Below, one piece after another: positions 1 through 11,484 of a DNA stretch of 64,000 bases. A program made the translations under genes and the position numbers. The notes beneath the pieces are model-generated. The model was given only the letters and a program-made list of their open reading frames with translations, searched no databases and was not told the DNA's origin. Position 1 is the stretch's first letter. Every line of letters starts with the position of its first letter. Origin of the DNA: Anaeramoeba ignava BMAN (taxonomy: Eukaryota; Protista; Anaeramoebae); contig JAPDFW010000070.1 in the NCBI GenBank assembly GCA_028826165.1, positions 496,001-560,000 of the forward strand, read 5' to 3'.

Positions 1-2466
1 TATGAAGGCATGAGATTTCCCAAAGATGAACAACAAGAAAACAACGGGGTGCAGGGAGAAGATGTGAGAAGAGAAGATGCAGAAAAAGAAGATATGGAGG
101 AGAGGGATTCTATATACGGCATAAATGCTCGAGTGAGTGGGGTTCGCAGTAGACTTCCAGACTCAGACGCACATCAACCCTGTATGGAGCATGTTCTTTC
201 TCTTCTTCCTTGGATTCTTCGTATCTCGACAAAGCTTGTTGTCGGTTTGGATTTCCCTCTTCTGGATATTATTATATCTCTGCTGTCACTCCTTGAAAAA
301 CCTAAACTGACAAAATTTGAACAAGTTGTTTTGATGGAATGCTTCATCGCATCAGCAAAGCTCGCCAGTATGGCCCAATACAGAAGACAAGCCCCATGGT
401 TTCTTCAAGTAACTAAACGTCTCAGCATTTATATCCGTAAACTCGAGAAAAGAGCACGTGCTATTCTTGCAAATGATCTGCGAAGATCAAACTCAAATTG
501 GGGAGCGCATTCACGATATTTCAAGAAAATCTGCGACTTCCTTCTTCAGATGCGTCTCAACAAAATGATCCATCTCGATCTTCCAAGAAGAAATCCTACG
601 ACATTCCTGAGAGACACTGTATCTGGAGCACGCAAAGAAACGCGGCATTTGCAATCCAAGAAAAAAAAGACGCACAAAGTGTCACATTCAACACAATTTT
701 CTTTCCAAAGCACGATCACGAACAGCAATCCAAAAGACAGTAAAACAGCTCGCACACGATCAAACATTCGCGACTGTTTCTTCTTCTTCTATCCACAAGA
801 ACTAGGAAACACAAAAACAATATTCAAGTATTATTTCGAGTTTGTAAATGCAATGTCGGATTTCAAAAAATCACGGTTTTTCTCAGATTCCTTTGTCTCC
901 ACTGCATTTATTCAATCGCAAACTCGACCTATTCTTTACAAGTTCACGAACCATCCAGAGTTCACAACTCAAATCAGTCATCCAAAGGCTGATCGGGTTT
1001 ATCTTCTCTTCGACTACATAAACAACACTTCCCAAAGAGTCTTCTTCGAGATTCGCAACTCCAAGACGCGGAAGGTGTTCACACAAAGATTTCCAAGAAC
1101 ACCTATAAAACTTGAACTTGATAACAACTTGATTTTCTTTTCGCAAGAGTTGATTCCTTCAAAATCATCGAATTTCAAGTTTTTCGTTATTCCACTCAAA
1201 TTCTTTGAAGAAAACAACACAAATGAGCAGGAAGGAATCCGCAAATTTCTGCAGAATTGTAAGCAAGAACTCTCGGAGATCTGGAGTGAGAAGCGCGATA
1301 AGGAACTAGTGTATCTTATCAATCAAACAATGACAGCAACAGGATGTTCGTTTCTGTTTGAAATCAATTCACAAAATATCAACCTTAAATTTGACCAGCT
1401 CACAGAGGAATTTACAAACATCCCGCTGGAGAAGAAGGGTCGTCGCTTTCTTCTTCTGCGATATTTCAACGAATGCGCACTCAAATTCATGTCTCTTATG
1501 GATTTCTCAAAAAACTATTTCTCTCATTCAATCGGCAATGCTGCTTTCGATCTTTTGGTAGAACTCAAAAAGTTCATTTTTTACAACACAAAGTTCATTC
1601 ATCTGGATGAGATTCTCTCGCGAACAGAATGCGCAACACCAGACAAAACACTCATCTCTTTTCCAGGATGTGACGATCCAAAAAAACGGTCGACATTCAA
1701 AAATTTCTTGTATACTTTGAAATCAATTCCAAATCACTTACTCAGAAGAAATAACAAAGATCTCTTTCTCATACAAACACCACAATCACCTGTGCCTGTT
1801 GAGCTGCAGGACTTTGTCGACTACATCTGCAAAGAGATATATTCGATGCGGCTGAGCTTATTCACAAACACACCAAATAGCCAGTATTTGAAGCATATAC
1901 GTTGCAAAGACCAAGTTATCCCAAATCCTTCTAAAAACAACAGAAAGCATCTTAAGCTTTTCAAGCTCTTTGGCAAACTCATTGGCATTCTGATCCGCAC
2001 AAGAATCAAGCTTAAAATCAAGTTTCCCTCCCTTTTCTGGCGTCTTCTTGTCTTCGGAACACCATCAAGAAGAGATATAAATAATATTGACCAGCAGTTT
2101 TTCCTGTTTCTTGGTGAGCTTTCCCTTCAGGAACTCTCACAAAAACAATTCGATGATATCATCCAAAAAAAGGATTATGCAGATTTCAAATTTTTTACTA
2201 TTACTGGTTTTGATGGAACAATCACTGAACTCATTCCAAATGGATCTTCAATTCAAATTTCAAAAGAAAATCGTTTTGATTTTATTCGTTTAGCTGAAAA
2301 ATTCAAACTCAATGAATCCCAAAATCAAATCCAAAAAATAATTGATGGAATTCGATGTATTATTCCCGAAATTGAATTTTTCAGATTGTTTTCTTGGAGA
2401 GAAATGGAATATACTGTTTGTGGAAATGAATTCCAAAAAAGTTCAAATCGACTTTCTTTACTTTAA
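1..2466 (+). CDS. HECT-family (HERC-like) protein, 5'-partial; only the HECT N-lobe is present
   Basis: The frame is open from base 1 (TAT GAA GGC ATG). The C-terminus has HECT N-lobe motifs (LFTNTPN..VIPNP..FKLFGKLIGILIR..FPSLFWRLL; ELIPNGSSIQISKENR; LFSWREMEYTVCG) and then stops at TAA 2464-2466. Confidence 0.8.
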   Translation, partial: YEGMRFPKDEQQENNGVQGEDVRREDAEKEDMEERDSIYGINARVSGVRSRLPDSDAHQPCMEHVLSLLPWILRISTKLVVGLDFPLLDIIISLLSLLEKPKLTKFEQVVLMECFIASAKLASMAQYRRQAPWFLQVTKRLSIYIRKLEKRARAILANDLRRSNSNWGAHSRYFKKICDFLLQMRLNKMIHLDLPRRNPTTFLRDTVSGARKETRHLQSKKKKTHKVSHSTQFSFQSTITNSNPKDSKTARTRSNIRDCFFFFYPQELGNTKTIFKYYFEFVNAMSDFKKSRFFSDSFVSTAFIQSQTRPILYKFTNHPEFTTQISHPKADRVYLLFDYINNTSQRVFFEIRNSKTRKVFTQRFPRTPIKLELDNNLIFFSQELIPSKSSNFKFFVIPLKFFEENNTNEQEGIRKFLQNCKQELSEIWSEKRDKELVYLINQTMTATGCSFLFEINSQNINLKFDQLTEEFTNIPLEKKGRRFLLLRYFNECALKFMSLMDFSKNYFSHSIGNAAFDLLVELKKFIFYNTKFIHLDEILSRTECATPDKTLISFPGCDDPKKRSTFKNFLYTLKSIPNHLLRRNNKDLFLIQTPQSPVPVELQDFVDYICKEIYSMRLSLFTNTPNSQYLKHIRCKDQVIPNPSKNNRKHLKLFKLFGKLIGILIRTRIKLKIKFPSLFWRLLVFGTPSRRDINNIDQQFFLFLGELSLQELSQKQFDDIIQKKDYADFKFFTITGFDGTITELIPNGSSIQISKENRFDFIRLAEKFKLNESQNQIQKIIDGIRCIIPEIEFFRLFSWREMEYTVCGNEFQKSSNRLSLL

Positions 2467-2542
2467 AATTTCTTTATAAATATTAGTTTAAAAAAAAGAA
2501 AAACAAAAAAAAAAACAAAATATTCAATAAATAAAAATTTTT

Positions 2543-5500
2543 TCATTTCTTTTCATTGAAAGATTGCCAATTAAAATCTGAAATCCAAACTTTTCTTTCT
2601 TTTCTTCCTTTTCTTGAGAAAATATTTCTTGCAATTTCAAGATTAATTTCGTCCACTTTATATTGTGAAATTTTCTGTTGATTTTTTAATTTACTTAAAT
2701 GGAATTTTCTTTCTTGTTTGACTTTTTCCAATTTAAGATTTTCGAAAACATTTGTGATTTTTTGGAAAGAAAGACATTGTAATTTTAATAATTCAGCCCA
2801 TTGTTTTTGAAGATCTCTTGATTGGAAAGAAATGAGTATTTGTTTTTGTTTTTGTAATAAATAAATAGGATATAATTTTTGGAGTAATTTATTTCTGAAT
2901 TTCCAGTTAGGAATATGTAATTCAGTTTGTTCATTGATTATAATTTTTTCCAATATTTTTTCGTTTGATTTTTCGTTTGATTTTTCATTTGATTTTTCAT
3001 TTGAATTTTCATTTGAATTTTCATTTGAATTTTCATTTAAATAAATTATTAAATTTCCTGATTCTAAATTGCAAAAATGTTTGTTCCAATTCCCTTGTTG
3101 ATTTTGATAATAAATTTCTGTTTTCATAAATTTATTTTCTTTATATTGAGAAATGTATTGTTCAATTTCCAAATAAATTCTAAAATCAAAATGGTCGAAT
3201 TTTCTTTCTTCAATAAAACTTGTGAACATTTGTGATTTAAGAAAGATCTTAAGAAACGGCTATTTAAAATTCATTTTGAAATTATTGAAATTAAAATTAA
3301 AATTCATTTTGAAATTATTGAAATTAAAATTAAAATTGAAATTCATTTTGAAATTAATTTTAATTTTAATATTAATATTATAATTATTGTACCACACAAT
3401 CATTCGGTGCAAATTTGAAAAATTCCTCAGAATTAAATGATGATCCAAATTTTGTTTTATATCTGAAATGATGATAAAAACGGAACATTTCAAGAAAAAT
3501 TGACAGAAAATCTTCACGAATTAAAGGAACATTGATTCTAATTTCATAGTCTGATTTTCGTTCCTTTTCTATTGATTGAAGTGATTTTTTAAATTTCTTG
3601 TCAATTGAACTAAATCCTGAATAGGATAATGTTGAAAATTCAATTTCCACCATTTCGTCAGGGGAAATTACACCATCTTTCTCTGCATTTGATATCCATA
3701 TATTTTCAAATTCACTTTCCAAACAATCAATTTGAATTTTATTAGTTTTCCAATAAATATTAGTTTTTTTAATTTTTTTTTCTTGTTCTTTCACAAAAAT
3801 ATTTGAGTTTTGTTTTAATGAATATAATAAATCCAACACACATCTTTTAGGAATTGAACCAATTTTAGCTTTAGAATAAATTTCGTTTGCATCAAGATCT
3901 ACGAAAACTGTCTGAAGTAATAAAAAATAAATTTGGAATAAAAAAAAAAGAGTTTTGGATTTTGTCAGAATTTTCAAATAAATAATAAAAATTATAATCA
4001 AATAAACTCTACTTCTGACATGTTAATTTTGATTTTTCCATCAAGCATTGATGGATATCCTCCGACAAAAAATGGGGATGGAGATTCCATAATTTGGATA
4101 TATTTTTGGGGTAAAATAGGAATATATGTATAAGTCCATTCAAATGGATATAATAAAGTAAAAATTGCTTCTGAACAAGAAGTAATTTTTGAAAGATCTT
4201 CAGAAATCATTACAATATTCTTTTCATTTAAAATTGCTATAAAAAGTTGTATAATTTTCAAGGAATCCAGTGTTGAGAATAAATATATAAAGTTGATCTA
4301 TAAAACAAAGGAGAAGAAAAAAGGAATTCATTTATATTTTAATTTCTATTTTCATTTTCAATTTCAATTTTACATCGTGCATTGGAAGTTTTTTAAATGA
4401 ATAATCCCAATAAGGAATTTGTATTGAAATATCGTTAAGAGTAATAATTGGTGGATCAGAACTAAATTCAATTTCGGGTATTCTCTTTGTTGCATTTGTT
4501 AAAATTGAGAATAATTGTTCCGCACTTGTTTCTTTTTATTTTGAATTAATTTTATATTCAATTATTTTTTTTTTTGGATTGATTTTAATTTATTTTATAT
4601 TTAAATTCTATCTACTATCAAATGGGGATAAATTAGAAAGTGAAGATGCAAATCTAACTAATATTTGTAATAAAGTTGCATGAAAAGGCTGAAAAGAAAT
4701 CAAAGATATAGAATTTGAATAATAAATTCCTTGAGGTAATTTTTGAGTGCATCCTTTTTTACGCAATTTTTTTTGGATTTCGAATATTTCTTTTTGAGTT
4801 AAAACATTAAATTTTGTGAATGTTGAACCATAAAGATGATTAGGATTTGGTGAAAGGACAAACTGATGGAAAAATGGTTCCTGATGTTTAGATGTTAAAC
4901 AAATTCCATGTGGATGAAGAAAATTTTCTATTTCATGTGGTGTTGGATTTCCTGATGTTTCTGGGTTTGGTGCTACACATTTTATTGATGGTTGGACATA
5001 AAGAGGGTCTGGGAGTATTTCATTATAAGATGAATCTATTTTAAATTATAATTATAAATATAAATATAAATATAAATATAAATATAAATATAAACATAAA
5101 TATAAATATAAATATAAATATAAATATAAATATAAATATAAATATAAATTTTGATTTATAAATTGATTTATGAATTAAATTGTAAATTGATTTGTAAATT
5201 AAATTGTAAATTGATTTGTAAATTAAATTGTAAATTGAAATATAAATTGAAATATAAATTGAATATAAATTGATTTATAAATTGAATTATAAATTGATTT
5301 GTAAATTGAATATAAATTGATTATAAATTAATTATAAATTGATTTGTAAATTGATTTGTAAATTGATTTGTAAATTGATTATAAATTGATTTGTAAATTG
5401 ATTTGTAAATTGATTTGTAAATTGATTTGTAAATTGATTTGTAAATTGATTTGTAAATTGATTTGTAAATTGATTTATAAATTGATTATAAATTGATTTT

Positions 5501-6618
5501 AAATTGATTTGTAAATTGATTTGTAAATTGATTTGTAAATTGATTATAAATTGATTTGTAAATTGATTTTTAAATTGATTATAAATTGATTTGTAAATTG
5601 ATTATAAATTGAAATGTAAATTGATTTATAAATTGATTTGTAATTTGGTTATAAATTGAAATGTAAATTGATTATAAATTGATTATAAATTGATTATAAA
5701 TTGATTTGTAAATTGATTTGTAAATTGATTTATAAATTGATTTGTAAATTGATTTGTAAATTGATTTGTAAATTGAATTATAAATTGATTTGTAAATTGA
5801 ATTATAAATTGATTTGTAAATTGAATTATAAATTGATTTATAAATTGATTTGTAAATTGATTGTAAATTGATTTATAAATTGATTGTAAATTGATTATAA
5901 ATTGATTATAAATTTATTTGTAAATTGATTTGTAAATTTATTTGTAAATTGATTATAAATTGATTTATGAATTAAATTGTAAATTTATTTGTAAATTGAT
6001 TATAAATTTATTTGTAAATTAATTTGTAAATTGATTTGTAAATTTATTTGTAAATTGATTGTAAATTGATTTATGAATTAAATTGTAAATTGATTTGTAA
6101 ATTGAATATAAATTGATTTGTAAATTGATTTGTAAATTTATTTGTAAATTGATTATAAATTGATTATAAATTGATTTGTAAATTGATTTGTAAATTGATT
6201 GTAAATTGATTTATAAATTGAATTGTAAATTAATTATAAATTGATTTATAAATTGATTTGTAAATTGATTTATAAATTGATTATAAATTTATTTGTAAAT
6301 TTATTTGTAAATTGATTTGTAAATTGATTATAAATTTATTTGTAAATTTATTTGTAAATTGATTTATAAACTGATTATGAATTAAATTGTAAATTGATTT
6401 ATAAATTGAATTATAAATTGATTTGTAAATTGATTTATAAATTGATTATAAATTGAAATTAGAATTTTAATTTTCGTTCTGAATTAAGTTGAAAAAAAAA
6501 AAGTTTTTTTTGTGTTAAAAAATCAAAACCAACTTTTATAACATTGAGCTATTCTTTCTGTTATACTTTTTTTTTTTACTGATGTTATTAAAATCCATTC
6601 AAATAATTTATGTTGCAT
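2543..6618 (-). CDS. DENN-domain (Rab GEF-like) protein with C-terminal PH-like domain, 6 exons
   Basis: ATG at 6618. GT-AG introns at 5036-6542, 4532-4615, 4298-4373, 3912-4012 and 3260-3392 give one continuous frame. cDENN motif LLYPFEWTYTYIPILP..SPSPFFVG, dDENN motif FLKSQMFTSFIEER, PH-like end QKQWAELL. Confidence 0.88.
5040..6460. repeat. Intronic tandem repeat: (ATAAAT)n followed by a ~12-bp AAATTGATTTGT unit
   Basis: Visible periodicity filling DENN intron 1 (1.5 kb). Confidence 0.95.
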
Positions 6619-6997
6619 TATTAATTAAAAAATTAAAAAATTTTAAAAAAGAAAAAATGAAAAAAAAAAAAATAAAAAAAAAATTAATAATTTTTAAAAA
6701 AAATTTAATAATAATGTTGTAAAATGAAATAATTTGATCTAAAAAAATAAAAAAAAAAAATTATTTTAATTTTCAAAATTTTTTAATTTCATTTTTTTTT
6801 TACTTTTTTTTACAACATTTTTTCTATAAAGAATTCTTTTTTTTTTCTCTTCTTTTCTTTTTTCTTTTTGCTTTCCTTATTTCAAATTCTTTTGTTACTT
6901 TTTTTTTTTCTTTTCAAAAATTTTTTTTTAAAAATTTCTTTGTGATTTTTTTCTTTCGTAAATTTTTTTTCTTAATTACTATTTGCTAAATATAACA

Positions 6998-8568
6998 ATG
7001 TCTTTCTGGAGTTGTGGAGCAAAAAAAGAAGGGAGTCCAATAGTTTACAACGGGAAACTTGATCCAATTCTTACATCTATCATTAATTTTTTGAGAGAAA
7101 ATGGTATTTTAAATTAATTTTAAATTAAATAATTTTAAACTCAATAATTCTCAATTCAAATATTTTCAATTAAACATTTTTAAATTAAATATTTTTAAAA
7201 TCCAATTAAACAATTTTTCAACTAATTAATTTTAAATTAAACAATTTCAAATTAAATATTTTTAAATTAAATATTTTTAAATTAAATATTTTTAAATTAA
7301 ATAATTTTAAATTAAATATTTTTAAATTAAACAATTTTAAATTAAACAATTTTAAATTAAATAATTTTTCAATTAAATAATTTTAAATTAATTAATTTTA
7401 AATTAAATATTTTTAAATCAAATATTTTTAAATTAAATATTTTTAAATTAAATATTTTTAAACTAAACATTTTTAAATTAAATATTTTAAATTAAACATT
7501 TTTAAATTAATTTTAAATTAATTAATTTTAAATTCAATATTTTTAAATTAAATATTTTTAAATTAAATATTTTTCAACTAAATAATTTTAAATTAGCGCT
7601 TGAATTTCCAAATATTTTTCGAAGTACAGGAAGGAAAAAAAATGTTGATTCACTTCTTGAAAATCTTTCTCAAAGACAAAATGTTAATTTACATGATGTA
7701 GGAACTGATGATGTTACAGTTGCTTTGAAACATTATCTTCGTGATTTAAATCCTCCTTTGTTTCCTTTTCGTTTATATAATGATTTTATTTCTTTATCAA
7801 GTAAAATTCAAATTAAAATATTGAAAATTTATATTAAAAATTTATATTAAAAATTTATTTTGAAATTATAATATAGAAAAAGTAGAACTTTCAGATTTTG
7901 ATGAAGACAGCATTGTTAATACAATGAGTTCAATTCCAAAAGAAAATCTTGTTGCAATAAAATGCATATTTGAATTCTTTAAGGATGTTTCAGACAATTC
8001 TGATAAAAATTTTATGGATTCAAAAAATCTTGGAATTATTTTTGCACCATCACTAATTAAACCCAAAAAAGAAACAGCAAAAAACTTGCAAAGCAATCAC
8101 ATGGCAATTCAAGTTATAATATCTTTTATTATTATTCATCAATCAACAATATTCTCAAAATTGGAAAGTAAAGTCGGAATAATTCAAATGTCATCAGTTG
8201 ATTTCCAAAAAATAAAACCTCAAAAAAAAAGAAAAAGAAATCTTTCAAAAAATACAATGAATAGTATTGATTCAAATTTAAAAGAACAAAGACAAATCAC
8301 ACCAAATCCAGATAATTTGGATAATATGGAAACTAATAATCCTCATGATGATAATGTTGAAAATTTACAATCAAATTCAATTCAAGAAAATGAAAATATT
8401 CAAAATTCAAATGAAAATATTAAAAACCAAAAACAATATTCAAAAATTTCAAAAAAAACTTCTTCAATTAATTCAAATGTTCCTCAACCTGAAATTCATA
8501 ACTCAGATTTTTTTGCAGAAGATTTATCAGATTTCTCAGAAAATGCTGGAAGAAATGATTTCAAATGA
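6998..8568 (+). CDS. RhoGAP-domain protein, 3 exons
   Basis: ATG at 6998; introns 7104-7596 and 7801-7876. Spliced product has the arginine finger NIFRSTG, plus LKHYLRDLNPPLF and NFMDSKNLGIIFAPSL. Confidence 0.9.
7110..7590. repeat. Intronic ~16-bp AT minisatellite (TTAAATTAAATATTTT-like)
   Basis: Tandem degenerate copies fill RhoGAP intron 1. Confidence 0.85.
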
Positions 8569-9065
8569 TTCTAAAAAGAAAACTTATTTTTTTTTCACAA
8601 TTATTTCAATTTTAAAAAGAAAAATGATAATTTTTATTGATATAATGAATATTGATATCTTTATCTTTTAAAAATTCAATTTAATTTCAATTTAATTTCA
8701 ATTTAATTCAATTCAATTTAATTTCAATTTAATTCTTTTTTTTTTAAAAAATTTATGTGCGAATTATTTTTTATGATCATTTTATTTTTAAAAAAAAAAA
8801 AGAAAAGCAATTTAATTTTTGTATTCAAAAAAAAAAAAAAAAGAAAAAGAAGAAGAAAAAATTAATAAAATAAAAATTTTTTGAAACAACAAAACAAAAA
8901 GAAGAAGAAAACACGTTTTATTTGTTAAAAATTACTTAAATTTAATAGGAAATTAACGTCAGTTTCTTATTGGAAAATTTAAAAAAAATTTATTCTAAAA
9001 AAAATTAATTTTTCATTTTTTTTCCTTAATTCAATTTTTTTAAAAACAAAAACAAAAAGAAAAAA

Positions 9066-11202
9066 ATGGAAACTGAAAATTTCAAAAAAGAAACAACAAA
9101 AAATTCAAATTCAAATTCAAATTTAAATTCAAAAAAGAAAATTAAAATCAAAACAATTATTAAAATTTTATCAATTATTGGATTTCTTTTAAGTTGGTTT
9201 ATATTTTCACAAATAAGAGAAACTAAAGAAGATAAAAAAGATTTTTTAATAAAAGAAGATAAAAAAGATTTTTCAAAAGAAGATAAAAAAGATTTTTCAA
9301 AAGAAGATAAAGAAAATAATGAAGAAGAATTTTTAAAACAATTAGGAGGAGCATTTTCAAGAAAACTTCAAGAAATGCCAATAAAATTATCAACTTGTAA
9401 AGAATTGATGAATATAACAACCCAAAGAAGTGGATTATATTGCTGATGCAACTTTTGCTGGATTTAATAATGTTGCTATGAATACTGGATTTGCAATGAA
9501 AGAAAGCTCAGGATCATCAGAATCATCAGGATCATCAGCGCCAAGTAGATTCAGTAAAACTAATGTGCAAGTTCAAGGAATTGATGAACCTGATATTATT
9601 AAAACTGATGGAGAAAATATTTATGCAGTTTCAAATGGAAAAGTTTATGTTTTGAAATCATTTCCAGTTTCAGATTCAAAAATCATATCCAAAATTGAAT
9701 CAGATCATTTTTTTCCGTTGAATATTTTCAACTATAAAGATTTAATTGTTGTGATTGGAATGAAAGAACAACCCAAAGAAGAAAGAAAAAAAATCAATGA
9801 AAAAATTGCTTATAATTATTATGATTATAATTGGGAAAATCATTTGCAGATCAGAATATACAACGTTTCTGATAAGGAAAATCCCAAAATTGAGCAAGTG
9901 ATCCAAATCCCGAAATCACATTATATTGATGCAAGACTTTATGATGATGAGATTGTTGTTGTTTCTAAAAAATATTTGCATTTCCGATCAACACATGAAG
10001 ATGAAGATGAAGATATTTTCCACAAAAACAACTTTCCCGAACATCAATTTTCAGAGATTGGAAAAGAAGATATTGACGAGAAAAACCCAGAAAATTTCCA
10101 ACTGCAATGCCAAGATATTGGAGCATTATCCAAAACTGACAATCGTTTCATGATCACACTGACAAAAATCAAATTGGGAAATCAAAGTATTCTCAAAAAA
10201 TCTTTTCCGCTTGAAACCTTTTCTTTCCTTGCTGGTGAAAACCAAATATTTTCTTCCTCTGAATATATGTATCTTACTTCATCCAATTCAAGATACAAAG
10301 TGGAAGATGACCAATATATTGACTACTCAATAGTTCATCAAATCGATCTCAAAAATCTCAGATACAACGGATTTTTGTCAGTTCCTGGTTATATTCACGA
10401 TCAATTCTCAATGGATGAATACCAAAACACTTTCAGAATCGCAACCACAGCGAGAACTTTCCGAACATTTCCTTATCATTCATCTTCAGCAGTTCATATA
10501 TTTGATACTAAAACACTTGAATTGCAAGGAAAGATCACAAATCTCGCTCCAAATGAGACAATATACTCTGCAAGGTTTATGAAGGAGAAACTGTTTCTTG
10601 TTACTTTCCAAAAAGTGGATCCTTTGTTTGTGATTGATCTTCACGATCCAAAAAATCCAACAGTTTTGGGCAAGTTAAAAATTCCAGGATATTCAGATTA
10701 TCTCCATCCAATCAACGAAGATGGTTCAAAACTATTAGGAATAGGAAAAGATACTTTTTCTCCTGAAAATTCGGATACTGCTTTTTATCTTGGAGTCAAG
10801 TTATCGTATTTTGATTGTTCAAATTTTACTGATCCAAAAGAAATGTTTAATATTGTGATTGGATCAAGAGGAACTGATACTCCAATATCAAGAAATGATC
10901 ATAAAGCTTTTCTTTTTGATCCTGAGAATTCTTTGGTTATTCTTCCAATTTCTCTTTATGAAACTGGTGAAAAGTATCAAAGATCTTTTCCTTCTTATAA
11001 TGATTTTGTTGGGAATTTTCTTTATGTTTTGAAAATTGATGAACCAAATGAGTTTACTATTAAAGGAAGGATTTCACATGAAAATGAACAAATTTTAAGA
11101 GCTTTATATATTGATGATTTTTTGATAAGTTTTTCAGGAACAAAGTTGAAGATTCATAGTATTGAGGATATTAAGTTTATCAAAGAAATTATTTTGGATT
11201 AA
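9066..11202 (+). CDS. Membrane-anchored prokaryote-type beta-propeller protein (Beta_propel/COG4880-like); frame break near 9420-9446
   Basis: N-terminal TM (ILSIIGFLLSWFIF). Family motifs FSKTNVQVQGIDEPDIIKTDG, DQFSMDEY..FRIATT, FLVTFQKVDPLFVIDL, LGKLKIPGYSDYLHP. Two overlapping ORFs, 9066-9446 and 9430-11202. Confidence 0.85.
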
Positions 11203-11484
11203 TTTTTCAATTCTTTTCAATTCTTTTCTTCAATTCTTTTCAATTCTTTTCAATTCTTTTCAATTCAAAATTCAATTTAAATAAAATCCAAAATTCAATT
11301 CAATTCTTTTCTTTTCAATTCTTTTCAATTCAATTCAATTTAATATTCAATTCAATTCAAATAAAATCCAAAAATTGTTTTGTTGTTTTTTTTTGTCCCA
11401 TTTTTTGAATTGAAATTAAAAAGAAAAGTTAAAAGAAAAAGAAAAAAGAAAAGTTAAAAGAAAAAAAGAAAATTAAATGATTGA

